Source of the DNA: the human T2T-CHM13v2.0 reference genome, Homo sapiens
NCBI RefSeq assembly: GCF_009914755.1
Contig: NC_060934.1
Direction: 5' to 3' (one strand)
Length of the DNA stretch: 64,000 bases
A program made the translations under genes and the position numbers. Below, piece after piece: positions 15,103-39,905 of this stretch (the first letter of the stretch is position 1; every line of letters starts with the position of its first letter). The notes below the pieces were generated by a model, which had not been told where the DNA came from, did no database searches, and saw nothing but the letters and a program-made list of their open reading frames with translations.

Positions 15103-15132
15103 ACACACACACACACATATGCACACGCACAC
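15103..15132. repeat. Imperfect (CA)n microsatellite
   Basis: tacacacacacacacatatgcacacgcacac. Confidence 0.85.
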
Positions 15133-15695
15133 GTTCAAACTTATTCAAATCCTTTATATCATTTCTTATGTGAACTGCTTAATTTTGAGGGAGGTTTTAA
15201 AAATATTTTATCATGATTATGGATTTATAAAATTTTTATTTTGTCAGTTTTTTGCTTTTTGTATGTTGAAGTCATGCTGTCAGATGCTTTAAGGCACATA
15301 ATTGTTATATAATTTAATTGACAAAACAATCTCTAGCCATAGTTCTCTCAGGCCTTGTTAATGTTATTCATTTTAATTTGCTTAATAGTAGTATTGTTAT
15401 CCCATTTTCACTTTGTTAGTTTTTATCAGAAATATATTTTTTCATTTCTTAATTTTCAGTACTTTAGTTACATCTGTTATAAACAGCATTATTTTAGTTT
15501 TAACAAGAAGATTTATAGATTTCTCATGACTTATATTTTCAGTTTTGTGGCTCAGGTTTTCCTTTTGTTGGAGTTCTATGAGATTTTTTTCTTCATCTCC
15601 TCTATTCATTGCTATTATCAACTAAGATGATTTTGATTGGGAGAGCCTCAACTCAGGCTGGTTTAAAAAATAGGGAAATTTCAGCACTTACTCTA

Positions 15696-16310
<615 letters not shown>

Positions 16311-16499
16311 AAATTAATTAAATAAAGGGATAATTTACTACTTCACATAATAGTGTTACAATAGCCATGTGGCTCAGATATGTTCCCTAGTGGTAAGAAA
16401 TCTCTATGCCTCACCTTCTTTGGTGGTGTTCAACCCCCATATGTGGTTTTTTCCCCTTTTGCTTACCAACCCCCAGAACAATTCCTGTTGGCCCAAATA

Positions 16500-17059
16500 T
16501 GTTACTGGTGGTGAATCCATACGGTTCTGCAGCAACCTCAATTCTTGCCTCTTGAGAAGAAATAATTTGAGGGGCATAAGGCAAAGGAGAGACAGGCAAA
16601 TATTAGAGGAGGAGTGAAAGTTTATTACAAAGTTGTAGAGCAGGAAATGAAAGGAAGTAAAGTACACTTGGAAGAGGGCCAAGTGAACATCTTGGAGGTC
16701 AAGTGCACTATTTGACCTTGGCCTTAGGGTTTTATATGCTGGCCTACATCTGGCATCTAGGATCGCTTTTCTGGTGGAATGCCTCTGAAAGGTAATATAC
16801 CAGTTAAACTCTGCCGTTTTGCCTGTTAATGTGCATGCTTGAGGTTACTCGCCCAACTCCTGAGATCTTATCAGGAAGCTGCTGATCACTAGTCTTAGGT
16901 GTTTCGTATATGTTGGGAGACTGCCTTTCCCTGGTGTTGGCTGTGACCAGTTATATTATGGAGACAGTTAACCACCTGATCATCACCTGATGGCCACCTG
17001 GGATGTGGGGGGAACCCTCTCCTGCCCCACTTATGCCTGTCTAGCTACCTACTGTAACA
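16500..17059 (-). mobile_element. ERV1 (MER4-group) solo LTR
   Basis: TGTTAC...GTAACA termini; minus strand begins TGTTACAGTAGGTAGCTAG; minus-strand AATAAA at 16621-16626. Confidence 0.8.
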
Positions 17060-17571
17060 ATAGAAAGCCTACATTTGGACATGCTTCAGAGCTGTTTGAC
17101 TCTGGTTCAGTGATGTCATGCAGGTATTTCTAGCTCTCATCATGCTTTTCTTCAGTGGCAGCTTCATTCTCATACTGGTAGCAAGTGTTTCCAGGCATCA
17201 CACCCAGAAACAACCACATCCAGAGGATGAAGAGAGACTACATTTTTGGTGCTCTCCTAGGAACAAGATAACTCCCTCAAAACTTGCCATGAGAGTTCCC
17301 ATCATGAATCTTTGTGTCAAATTCCTGAGGCAATCTCTGGCAATATATGCAAAATTATGTTTTGCTGCTCCCTGGATGTAGGGGTTGGATCAGCTTCCAC
17401 CAAGGTATTTAGCTGCCTGGGGAAATGGGTGGATAACTGAATTACATTGGTATTACTCTGTTAGGAAGGAAAAAGTAGGTAGGGGAGAATGTTGAATAAG
17501 CCGGGAATACTGTCCCCTACAAATGTTCAAGGATTTTCCTTTTATTTATTCGTTCTTCAAAACCTCAAGAA

Positions 17572-17572
<1 letters not shown>

Positions 17573-17622
<50 letters not shown>

Positions 17623-17827
17623 TTTGAGAGAGGGTCTCACTGTCTCCCGGGCTAGAGTTCAGTAGTGCAAACATAGCTCACTATAGTCTCAACCTCCTTG
17701 GCTCATGTGATCCTCCTGCCTCAGCCTCTGAAGTAGCTGAGACCACAGGTGTGTGCCACCACACCCAACCAATTTTTTTATTTTTAAATTTTCGTAGAGA
17801 CAGGGTCTTGCCATGTTGCCCAGGCTA
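17573..17827 (-). mobile_element. 5'-truncated AluJ with (TTA)n tail microsatellite (about 17573-17621)
   Basis: About 16 ATT units abutting an antisense AluJ right arm. Confidence 0.85.
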
Positions 17828-18573
17828 AGAAATTCTACTAGAGAGGTTAAGTAGTCTTCTTGGTTCCTTGCTGGAAAACAAAAATTCCATAAACAAAGTT
17901 TTGCTTTATGAAAGGGGAATGATTTTATAACGTAACTTGACATACTAGTAATTTAATATTTGTATTATGAATCTAGTCATTGTTTGGGATCAGGCCACAT
18001 CACCCCAAAGTCTCTATGACTGCAGGAGACCATAATATACCACCCCAAAATATGCCTCTTTGATGAACTGATTATTTTGAACTGCTTATTTTAAGAAACT
18101 GCAGATGCAGGAGTAGTTCTGAAAAGGTGCCCATTTGTAAGATAAATTTACACAGGAAATCTCCACTTTTAAGTGCCAGGCAAGGTGTCAAAGCCCGGGC
18201 AGTGAAGACTGGTTGGCTCCCTGCTGGTAAAAGAATTTACCAACAATAGTATAGGTTTGAAAAGGAAAGTTTTATTAGAAAGAACACTGCAGCAGAGTGT
18301 ACTGGGACACTTCAGCAAGAGAGGACTGAGTGTGCAGTTGTGGATTTTCCGTAGGGGTATTTATGGACCTTAAAGCAGGAGCTTAAGGATACTTTGGACC
18401 ATATTAGTAATGTAGGTCATGATAAATGGTTACATGTGTAGACATTTTGGTGCCTTGATGTCAGCGAAGTTTGCACAATGGGTTTCAACATGCGTGCATT
18501 CTGGAGATGTATTGAAATTCTTGTTACTTACACATTTTTGGGAAAGAGGCCTGATACCAGATGTGGCTTTAGT

Positions 18574-21510
<2,937 letters not shown>

Positions 21511-21518
21511 TTTTAGAT

Positions 21519-22201
21519 TGTGCACCCAAAATATCTGAGATGGGTCTCAACCAATTTAGAAAGTTTATTTGGCCAGCATTAAGGATGCACCTGTGATGCA
21601 GCCTCAGGAGGTCCTAATGACATGTGCCCAAAGTGTTTGGGTTACAGCTTGCTTTTATACATTTTATACATATATATATGTATCATCAATCAATATGTAT
21701 AAGATGTACATTGGTTTGGTTGGGAAAGATGGGATGGGAAAGATGGGACAACTTGAAAGAGGGGAGGGCATGGGGGGGCTTCCAGGTCATAAGTAAATAA
21801 CAGACAAAATGTTGCATTCTTTTGAGTCCTTGATCAGCCTTCCACAGAATACACAATTTAATATGGCTCAATGAATCTGTATTTTTACATAAACAGTAGG
21901 GCAGAGGAAGCAATCAGATATGCATTTGTCTCAGATAGCAGAGGGATGATTTTCTGTGCTGCACCTGTGAAGATAAGCTATCAGTTTGTTGTCAGTGAAA
22001 TTCAACAGAACTCCTTTAGGGTAAAGATCTTGAGGCCCACAAGGAATTTCCTTGTGGGCAAATTGTGAGGGAGGTATGTAGCTCTTTTATCTTTTTAGCT
22101 ATCTTATTTTGGAATAAAATGGGAGGCAGGTTTGTAGTTCCCTGCTTGACTTTTCCCTTGACTTGTGATTTTGGGGTCCTGAGATTTATTTTCCTTTCAC
22201 A
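21519..22201 (-). mobile_element. MER4A-type solo LTR
   Basis: TG...CA termini, exact 4-bp TSD agat (21515-21518, 22202-22205), MER4A-like sequence. Confidence 0.85.
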
Positions 22202-22909
22202 AGATAATAGGGAAGTGTAATTACTTCTTGAATTCCTCAGATAAGGGGCTTTGCCTCCAGATGGTCTGCTTGATGGCCGAGGTGATCTTTCCTCTCCTCA
22301 GTAAGGATATCTTCTTTGCACAAAGAAGAGAGGGATGACTAAATGGAGAAGGTGCCCTCAGATAACAAATCTTACCTTTGTGTAAGGTGCTTTTCCTGGC
22401 TCTCTCATCTTAACCAGGCTTTTTCCCCATGCTCTTTTTCTCTGTACTCTAAAAAATTACTTATTCCTTACATGTCTTTCTTGTATATATGAAAATATAC
22501 ATGTTAATAAACCTTTTCTCCTGTTAACCTATCTTTTGTTACAGGGAGTCCCAGTGAAGAACTATGAATGGTAGAGAAAATTATTTTTTCTTCCTTACAT
22601 TATTATCACTTGTTGTAGATAACAAGGATATCCCTCAGTTAACTCATGACTGCAGATCATTATATTGGCCTTTTGTTTACCATATATTTACCCTACTTCC
22701 CCAATAAGAATCACAGAACCTTTTCTGGTCAACAGAGAAGTTTCTTCTTAAAGAATCTGGCCTCATCCAAGGAGAGACCTGGCCTTTGTCTTGGCTCCTA
22801 GGAGGTAATCTCTAAGCTATTGGAATTTCCTAAGTGATAGGAATGTCTTTGTTATTCTTGGTGGGCCCCTCAGACCACAAGGCTAGTTAGTGCTAATAAG
22901 GTGATTCAT

Positions 22910-23210
<301 letters not shown>

Positions 23211-23445
23211 GGTGTGTAATGGTGGGCCCCCATGATGTCAGACTGACCTCCTGGGAAGAAGGGAGAGCTGATGCCTACATTTAACCTGTGGCCAATGAAT
23301 TAACCATTAAGCCTGAATAAAACCCCTGGACATAGACAGTAGGATGAGCTTTGCCTTGTACAGGTATTGTAGCCCACTGTGGCTGGGAGGAAGTAACACT
23401 GGCTATGGATCCATGGGTAGAGGTTAACGGAAAGCTCAGCATTTG

Positions 23446-24234
23446 CGATGTGGACAGGAGACAGGGAAATACTGGGTAGAAGAAGGGCGTTTCCCCAGCA
23501 AAGGCCCCATTCTCAAGCCTGGAGACCCATGGCCCTAACTGAGAACAGGCACTTCTGTTTTTGTGCCCCAAAAGTTGCCTTTTGGTTTGCCTTGCCCCTG
23601 TATCCTGTACCCAAATAAACCCCGAACCTCAGGCTCCAGAAGCAGATGAGGAGACAAAGAGACAAGGAGATAAGGAGGCAAATGGTAGAATGGCACAGCA
23701 GAGAAAGAAGAGAAGGAATGTCTGAACACAAAGAGGAGTTCGGCTGGGGGCAGTCTGAGAGATGTTCAGCTGCTGGATGACCAAACTCCAGGGGAAGATC
23801 ATCTTCCCACTCCATCCCCACTTCCAGCTCCCCATCCATCCTGCTGAGAGCCACCTCCACCACTCATTAAAACCTCTGCATTCATCCTTCAAGCCCGTGT
23901 GTGACCCAATTCTTTCAGGACACTGGGCAAGAGCTCAGGATACAGAAAGCTGTCACACTAGCCCTCTGCTCTTGTGAAAAGGCAGAGGGCCCATTGAGCT
24001 GGTTAACACTTAAGCCATCTGAGGAAGGCAAGGTTAAAAGAGCATTGTGACACTGGGGCCGCAGGCACCCACCCCTAGAGACTACTATGGGGCTGGAGTC
24101 CACATCACTCACCCTAGGTACTCCACCTCCCTGTCTGCATGCTCCCCCACCTGTCAAGGATTTGAGCACCAAACAGGTGAGCCACACCCCTGTTGCACGT
24201 CCTGAGAGGGGGGTCAAGGAACTCTCCTATTTCA
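23446..24234 (+). mobile_element. LTR1-family (LTR1/27/28) solo LTR
   Basis: ggacaggagacagggaaatactgggtagaaga start, ggaactctcctatttca end; exact 4-bp TSD tttg (23442-23445, 24235-24238). Confidence 0.8.
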
Positions 24235-24786
24235 TTTGGACCCCTCCACAACTCCACCCGATGCATCTCTTCCTTTGGCTGGTTACTGAGAATATACAAG
24301 CTTTCAGTACTATGAATCTTGCAAGCAAGTTATTGAATCTGAGGGTGATTTTGGGAAACTCAAAACTTATAGTTGGTGTCAGAAGGCTTGCAGTCTGGAG
24401 AATTGTGCCCTCACTTTTTAGTTAGTCTAACTCCAAGTATGCTGCTATATCATATAGTAGGAAGAACCTGTCTGTGGGTCTTATTTGTATCTTTGCCTGG
24501 AAGTTGATTGTCAAAGATTCAGTTGGAGATGGGGGAGGCTGACAAGAAGATACTCACAGGAAGGTTATCACACAACTATCTATGATAATAGGGCTTGTAC
24601 CTGTAGTCTTTGACACTTAGAACAGTCTCCCTCTTAACAAGACATGCTATATTTTTTTCTGCTTGCCCAGCTTTTGTCATCATGAAGTTACACATATTTT
24701 CCACCTGTCCTCAAATTGGAATTATGGTCAGAGGACTTTGAAGGTGTATTTGAACCACAACAGTGATAGTAGAGCATCATGCATAA

Positions 24787-25266
<480 letters not shown>

Positions 25267-25613
25267 AACTCTTATTTTTTAAAGAAATCTCTTTTCTCAT
25301 ATCTGATGTTTTGAAATTTAGGTTGGTTGTATTTTGTTGGCAATTTATTTCCATATACTTAGTCTTCTAGAAGTTTCTCAATTTTATGGTCTGTTATTAT
25401 TCACCTCCTGGATTTTCGATGCTGCCATAGATTAATTTTTATATTTATTTTGTCATTTAAAAGAAGATATTGGGAGGGAGAAGAAGTAAACAAGGGCATT
25501 CAGTCAGCTATCTTGATCTCAAAAACATATTTATAAATCAGAATAAAAGTCATTTTTTGACTAAGAAGTTGGAACAAGAATAAAATAAGCAAAATGCCCT
25601 AGTAATTATGGAA

Positions 25614-26050
25614 TGTACTAGTTAGCCACTGCCAGGTACAAAACCACCCTCAAAGCTCAGTGGCTTAAAATGCTTATTATTTCTGAGTTTGTGAGTTGGC
25701 TGTGGTCAGCTGGTCTAGGCAGGGCTTGAATGATTGGCTCAGCTGGCCTTGGTTAGACTCACATCTGTGGCCAGCTGGTATTCAGTTGATTTAGACTCAA
25801 TGGGGTTGAGGAGACTGCTGAGAAGGTTTTCTCATCCTTCTGCCACTAAAGAGCTAGCTCAGACACGATCTTCTCATAACAAAGGCAGAGACGCAAAAGT
25901 AAGTGAAATTGAATAAGTACTTTTCAAGCCTCTACTTGCATCCCAGCTAATTTCCCATGGCTAAAGAAAGTCACAGGGGCAAGCCCAGAATCATGGTGGG
26001 AGGACACTGCAAAGTTACATGGCAAAGTTTATGGGTACAGAGAGAAGTGA
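25614..26050 (-). mobile_element. MLT1-family MaLR LTR (degenerate)
   Basis: aaaccaccctcaaagctcagtggcttaaaa...aaagtcacaggggcaagcccagaatca...gcaaagttacatggcaaag. Confidence 0.6.
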
Positions 26051-26697
26051 GGTGTTTATGCAAACTTCCCTCCAGAATTGTGATTCTCAAATGCAAGGAA
26101 ATATAAAACCAGTTGGAGATATTTGAAATGGTCTTTGGAAGCAATGTGCATTATTTTGTTAACCCAACCTATTCTTTAATGCTTAATTTAAATATCACCT
26201 TTTTCATTAATGTTTCATGATTCTCATAATGGTTAGTATTTTCATCCTTTTCAGATTTGTCACTGAGATATGAAGCAGCATTTTGAATCACATGCAGTTA
26301 TAATCATCCAAAGGGCAGTAGTTTTGTTTTGTTCTGTTTTCCTCAGCATTTTGTGAGTTATGCTGTTTTTTTTTTGTTTTTGTTTGTTTTTTTTGTCAGA
26401 GGCAAGCTTGTAGACAACAAGAAAAACATACTATAGTGATAGTCTAATGATAATTGCTACCATGTATGCATAGTGTATTGAGCTACTCTGTGTACTGTTC
26501 AAAGCACATTACTTACGCTAAATCTTTTTAATACAAATTGTTATGAGGTCTTCTGTTAAGCAAAACTTCATGTGAGAGTTCAAGTTAAACAACCAATATG
26601 CTTTTCTGCTTCAAAAATTAATGTCTATTAAATAACAGCATAAGTCATTGAACTCTTTTCTAATAGCTGCTTTTATTTTTATGTTAAGGGAATGATA

Positions 26698-27301
26698 TGT
26701 AAACCAGAAATAAATTCTAAGTCCCCCCAACCATCTGAATGGACTTCCTTTTCAGCCAGGGCACTCTTAAAACTTAACCTGAAAGACTGGTTCAGGCCAT
26801 GACGGGAAGTGGGGGTAGGACATGCCTCATTATACCTGTCCAGCATTAACATCAGCACAGACTTTAAGTCTGATAAGAAACATTTTACAACCTATTCCCT
26901 TTACTACCTGAAGGCTTCCTTTGCAAATAAGAATTTTGGTCTCCACAATCCTTTATCTTAACCCAGACATTCCTTTCTATTGATCTCAGGTCTTCAGATA
27001 AACTCAACCAATTGTCAACCAGAACATTTTTAAATCTACCTATAAGCTGGAAGCTCTGCCCCACTGCCCCCACCACTTTGAGTTGTCCTGCCTTTCTGGA
27101 CCAAACCAATGTATTTCTTGAAAGTATTTGATTAAAGTCCTATGTCTCCCTAAAATATATAAAACCAAGCTGCACCCTGAACACCTTGGGAACATGTTCT
27201 TAGGACATCCTGATGGCTGTCTCACGGGGGCATGTCCCTCATATTTGGCTCAGAATTAATCTCTTCAAATAATTTACAGAGTTTGACTCTTTTCATCACC
27301 A
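26698..27301 (+). mobile_element. MER4-group (MER4B/D/E-like) solo LTR
   Basis: tgtaaaccagaaataaattctaag start, gagtttgactcttttcatcacca end; exact TSD gata (26694-26697, 27302-27305). Confidence 0.85.
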
Positions 27302-27864
27302 GATATGATAAAGATTGTGCCATCTTTTGCCAGATTTTCACTGTTATTAGTTACTGCTTGGTTTTTACTTTGTTCTCTGCAACTTTGTTTTTAGATCTTT
27401 TTGCTTTAAAAGAAAATTACCTTGGAGCAATTTTTAGCTGAATAACCTATTAACTGCCTGTTTAGGCCTCCAGCTAAGGCAGTATTCTCCACCAACTGCC
27501 CCCACCCCCGCCCCATGCCCAGCACTAATAATCTCATCATTACTGTGCCTGCAAGAATCTCACTTGGGCCTGGATGGGTTTGGACCAAGGCCCAGTTAAA
27601 TGGCTTCACTGGTGAGCTTGGCTTCTGAGGTGTCCTTCAGACCTTTTGTTTTCCACTGAACAATGAAGGTAAAAATTTTGTTAGTGACTTCAGTCTCTCT
27701 CTGCAGCCAGTATAAAAATTTAACTCCAAACATTGAATTATAATGTTTCATTTGGGAACAACCCTTATTTTGGAATTAGCTAACTCAAATGATTTCCTGT
27801 TACTGATAGTAGTGGTTCAATTATATACAAACATTTTATTTATTCATTATAACCGTCTCATTTA

Positions 27865-29154
27865 TTTATTTATTTTCTTCAACTTTTAAGTTCCAGGATA
27901 CATGTACAGGATGTGCAGGTTTGTTACATAGGTAAATGTGTGCTATGGTGATTTGCTACACAGAGCAATCCATCACCTAGGTATTAAGCCCAGCATCCAT
28001 TAGCTATTCTTCCTAATGCTCCCCTTGCCCCCAACAGGCCCCAGTGTGTGTTGTTATCCCCGTGTGTCTATGTGTTCTCATTGTTCAGCTCCCACTTATA
28101 AGTGAGAACATGAGGTGTTTGGTTTTCTGTTCCTGTGTTATTCTGCTGAAGATAACAGCTTCCAGCTTCATCCATGTTCCTGCAGAGGACATGACCTCAT
28201 TTCTTTCTATGGCTGCATAGTATTCCATGATGTATAGGTACCACATTTTCTTTATCCGATCTATCATTGATGGGCATTTGGGTTGATTCCATGTCTTTGC
28301 TATTGTGAAATGTGCTGCAATGAGCATACATGCGTGTGTATCTTTATAGTAGAATGATTTATATTCCTCTGGGTATATACCCAGTAATGGGATTGCTGGG
28401 TCAAATATTATTTCTGCTTCTAGATCTTTGAGGAATCACCAGACTGTCTTCCACAATGGTTGAACTAATTTACACTCCCACCAACAGTGTAAAAGTGTTC
28501 TTTTTTCTCTGCAACCTCACCAGCATCTGTTGTTTTTTGACTTTTTAGTAACTGCCATTCTGACTGGTGTGAGGTGCTATCTCATTGTGGTTTTGATATG
28601 CATTTCTCTAATGATCGGTGATGCTGAGCTTTTTTTCATATGTTTGTTGGCCACATGAATGTCTTCTTTTGAGAAGTGTCTGTTCATGTCCTTTGCCCAC
28701 TTTTTAATGGGGTTGTTTATTTTTTTCTTGTAAATTTGTTTAAATCTTTTGTAGACTCTGGATATTAGACTTATGTTAGATGGATAGATAGCAAAATTTT
28801 CTCCCATTCTGTAGGTTGTCTGTTCACTCTGATGATAGTTTCTTTTGCTGTGCAGAAGCTCCTTAATTTAGTTAGGTCCCATTTGTCAGTTTTTGTCTTT
28901 GTTGAAATTGCTTTTGGTATTTTCTTCATAAAGTATTTGCCTGTGCCAATGACCTAGATTTTCTTCTAGAATTTTTATAGTTTTGGGTTTTACATTTAAA
29001 TCTTTAAGTGATCTTCAGTTAATTTTTGTGTAAAGTGTAAGAAAGGGGTCCAGTTTCAATTTTCTGCATATGATTAGCCAGTTGTCCCAGTACCATTTAT
29101 TAGTGAATCCTGTCTCCATTGCTTGTTTTTGTCAGGTTCGTCGAAGATCAGATC
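27865..29154 (-). mobile_element. 5'-truncated L1PA (older, PA8-PA13-like)
   Basis: ORF2p C-terminal fragments (28085-28327, 28577-28807); TSD ataac(cg/ta)tctcattta at 27849-27864 and 29155-29170. Confidence 0.9.
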
Positions 29155-29504
29155 ATAACTATCTCATTTAATAGGCAACACTTTTCTTTCCCTCAAGTAA
29201 GTTGACATGAAATCATAGGAGGTCCTCTACTTGCAAGCTGGAGAACAATCTCAAAATTTAGTAATACTGTATCCTGAAAACAGTTATATGTGGCAATATA
29301 CTAAATTACCACGAGGTGGCATAATTTCCTCATTAAAACTGACTTTCAGGGTTCTAAATTGGATTTCCTCTAGTCTTTTGACTTTACAGGGCAAGATTTC
29401 AATTTTATTTATTTTGTTACTCCTGTGGAAAAGAGAAAGAACAACAATTTACTAACTTCTGTACCTGTAACAGCAAGGGAAAATATTAAATTCTTCTATT
29501 ACAT

Positions 29505-30580
29505 ATACATTTTAAATTTTATATATTTAAGGTGTACAACATAATGTTTTCATATACATGTTCATAGTGAAATGATTTCCGCCAAGCAAATTAACAGATT
29601 CATCTCACATGGTTACTTTTTTTTTGGACAAGGTCTAGCTCTGTCTCAGGCTGGAGTGCAGTGGCCTGATCATGGTTCATGGCAACTTCTTATCTCCTGG
29701 GCTCAAGTGATCCTCCCACCTCAGCCTACCAAGTAGTTAGAACTACAAGCATGTCTATGCTTGCTATTTTTTTAAAATTTATTTTTTGTACAGATGAGGG
29801 TCTCACTAGGTTGCCAGGCTGGTCTCGAACTCATGGACTCAAGCAATCCTCCTGCCTCAGCCTCCCAAAGTACTGGAATTAGAGGAGTGAACCACTACAC
29901 CTAGCCAGTTACATTTGTTTGTATGTGGTAAAGTACCTAAAAGCTACTCTTTTTGCTAATTTCTGGTATACAATACAATATGTATTATTAACTGTATTCC
30001 TCATGCTGTGCTTTATATCTCTAGGGCTATTTATCTTACATAACTGAAATTCTGTACTTTTTGACCTCCATTTCTCCATCTCCCTCTCGCTCACCTTTGG
30101 CAGCCACCTTTCTACTATTTCTATGTATTCGAGTTTTTTTTTTTTAAGTTTCCATGTATAAGTGAAATCGTGCAGTATTTTCTATCTGTGTCTGATTTAT
30201 TTCATTCACTATTCACTTAGCATAATGTCCTCTAGGTTTATCCATGTTGTGGCAAATGGCAGGATTTCCTTCTTTTTAAATAATTTGTTTTTATTATGTA
30301 TTATTTTTAATTGTATTATTTTAGTATATTTTTATTTACAAATATATATTATGTTGATATTATAAACATAATATATAGTAAATATATATTTATGATATAT
30401 ATAATAGAATAATGTATATAAGAAAATATATAATATATAAATATATTTATTCATACATAAATATTTATATTTAGTATATTAGTATTATTATTTTTTATGA
30501 ATTTCCTTCTTTGTTAAGGTTGAATAATATACATCCATATTGTGGCTATTGTGATTAATGCTGTGATGAGCATGGGTGCA
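29505..30580 (-). mobile_element. Old L1MA/MB 3' end, interrupted by an AluJ and an AT-rich low-complexity tract (~30290-30500)
   Basis: atttaaggtgtacaacataatg..., cacttagcataatgtcctctaggtttatccatgttgtggcaaatggcagg. Confidence 0.7.
29617..29907 (-). mobile_element. AluJ
   Basis: Antisense J-type dimer. Confidence 0.85.
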
Positions 30581-30920
30581 CTTTGGCTCTGTGTCCCCAC
30601 CCAAATCTCATGTCAAATTGTAATCTCCAGTGTTGGAGGAGGGGCCTGGTGGGTGGTGATTAAATCATGGAGGCTGACTTCGCCCTTGCTGTTCTTATTT
30701 GGTGAGTGAGTTCTCATGAGATCTCATTGTCGTAAAAGTGTGGAGCACCTCCCCCATCTCTTTTTCTGTCTCCTGCTCCACAGTGTGAAGATGTGCTTGC
30801 TTCCCCTTCTGCTGTGATTGTGTTTCCTGAGGCCTCCCAGCCAAGCTTCCTGTACAGCCTGCGGAACTATGAGTTAACTTAACCTCTTTTCTTCATAAAT
30901 TACCCAGTCTCAGGTAGTTC

Positions 30921-31223
30921 TTTTTTTTTTTTTTTTTTTTTTTGAGATAGAGTCTCACTGTGTCACCCAGGCTGGAATGCAGTGGTGCAATCTCGGCTCA
31001 CTGCAACCTCTGACTACCAGGTTCAAGTGATTCTCCTGCCTCAGCCTCCCAAGTAGCTGGGACTACCAGTGCCCGCCACCATGCCTGGCTAATTTTTGTA
31101 TTTTTAGTAGAGATGAGGTTTCACTATGTTGGCCCTGGTGGTCTTGAACTCCTGACCTTGTAATACGCCTGCCTCGGCCTCCCAAAGTGCTGGGATTACA
31201 GGCGTGAGCCACCACACCTGGCC
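30921..31223 (-). mobile_element. AluS inserted in the MST 5' LTR
   Basis: TSD (c)tcaggtagttcttt on both sides. Confidence 0.92.
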
Positions 31224-31617
31224 TCAGGTAGTTCTTTATGGCAATGTGAGGACAGACTAACATAGAAAATTGATACCAGAGAAGTGGGGCATTGCTACAA
31301 AGATACCTGAAAATGTGGAAGCAGCTTCAGAAGTGGGTAATGAACAGAATTTGGAACAGTTTGGCAGGCTTAGAAGAAGGCAGGAAGATGAAGGAAAGTT
31401 TGGACCATTCTAGAGACTTGTTGAATGGTTGTGACCAAAATGCTGATAGTGATATGGAAAATGAAGTTCAGGCTGAGGAGGTCTCAGCTGGAGATGAGGA
31501 ACTTATTAGGAGCTGGAGATAAGAAGATTCTAAGCAGGAAAGCATTCAAGAAGGGACCTGGCTGCTTCTAACAGCATACACTCATATGCATGCCCAAAGA
31601 GATTATCTGAAACTGGA

Positions 31618-32032
<415 letters not shown>

Positions 32033-33451
32033 ACTGGAACTCATATTTAAAAAGGAAGCAGAGCATAGATGTTCGGAAAATTTGCAGCCTGATCATATGG
32101 TAGAAATTTCTGGGGAGGAATTCAAGCCTGTTGCAGAAACTTGCATAAGTAAAGAGGAGCCAAATGATAATAGCCAAGACAATGGGGAAAATGCCTCCAA
32201 GGCATTTCAGAGACCTTCACAGCAGCCCCTCCCATTACAGGCCTAGAGGTCTAGGAGGGAAAAATGATTTTGTAGACCAGGGCTTCACTGCTCTGTGCAG
32301 CTTTGGGACATCTCAGGACAGTGCCATGCATCTTGGTGACTCCAGCTCCAGCTGTGGCTAAAAGGGGCCAAAGTACAGCTCAGGCCATTGCTTCAGAGGG
32401 TGCAAGTCCCAAACCTTGGCAGCCTCCATGTGGTGTTAAGTCTGTGGGTTGGCTGAGGGCAAGAATTGAAGCTTGGGAGCCTCTGCCTGGATTTCAGAGG
32501 ATGTATGGAAATGCCTGGATTTCCAGGCAGAAGTCTGCTGCAGGGGTGGAGTCTTCATGGGGAACCTCTACTAGGGAAGGGTGGAGGGGAAATGTGGGGT
32601 TGGAGCCTTCACAAAGAGTTTCCACTGGGGCTGCCTAGTGGAGCTGTGAGAAAAGGGCCTCTGTTCTCCAGACCCCAGAATGGTAGATCCACTGACAGCT
32701 TGCCCCATGCACCTGGAAAAGCTGCAGGCACTCAGTGCCAGCCATGAAAGCAGCCAAGGGGGCTGTACCATGCAAAGCTACAGAGGCAGAGCTGCCTAGG
32801 GCCTTGGGAGCCCACCCCCTGTGTCAGTGTGGCCTGGATGTGAGACATGGAGTCAAAGGAGATTATTTTGGAGCTTTAAGATTTAATGACTGCCCTGCTG
32901 GGTTTTGGACTTGCATGGGACCTGTAGCCCCTTTGTTTTGGCTGATTTCTCCCTTTTGGAATGGGAGCATTTATCCAGTGCCTGTATCCCCATTATGTCT
33001 TGGAAGTAACTAATTTGTTTTTGATTTTACAGGCTCATAGGTGGAAGGGACTTGCCTTGTCTCAGATGATGCTTTGGACTTGGACCTTTGAGTTAATGCT
33101 GGAATGAGTTAACATTTTGGGGGACTGTTGGGAAGGCATGATTGTGTTTTGAAATGTGAGAAGGACATGAGATTTGGGAGGGGCTAGAGGCAGAATGAAA
33201 TTATTTGGCTCTGTGGCCCCACCCAAATCTCATGTTGAATTGTAATCTACAGTGTTGCAGGAGGGGTCTGGTGGGAGGTGATTGAATCTTGGGGGCAGCC
33301 TTACTGCATGCTGTTCTCATGATAGTGAGTGAGTTCTCATGAGATCTGGTTGTTGCAAAAGTGTGTAGCACTTCCTCCAGCTGTTGCTTTATCTCCTGCT
33401 CTACCATGTGAAAATGTGCCTGCTTCCCCTTCCACCATGATTGTAAGTTTT

Positions 33452-39905
<6,454 letters not shown>

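Noticed and set aside
17573-17621. Regular repeat arrays as CRISPR-like
   Set aside because: Simple (TTA)n Alu tail. No repeat-spacer structure or cas genes anywhere in this eukaryotic window.
30290-30500. Extremely AT-rich tract
   Set aside because: Low-complexity expansion inside an old L1M with no defined unit.
32164-33013. Overlapping GC-rich ORFs
   Set aside because: Decayed MaLR internal sequence; short, with no recognisable host domain.
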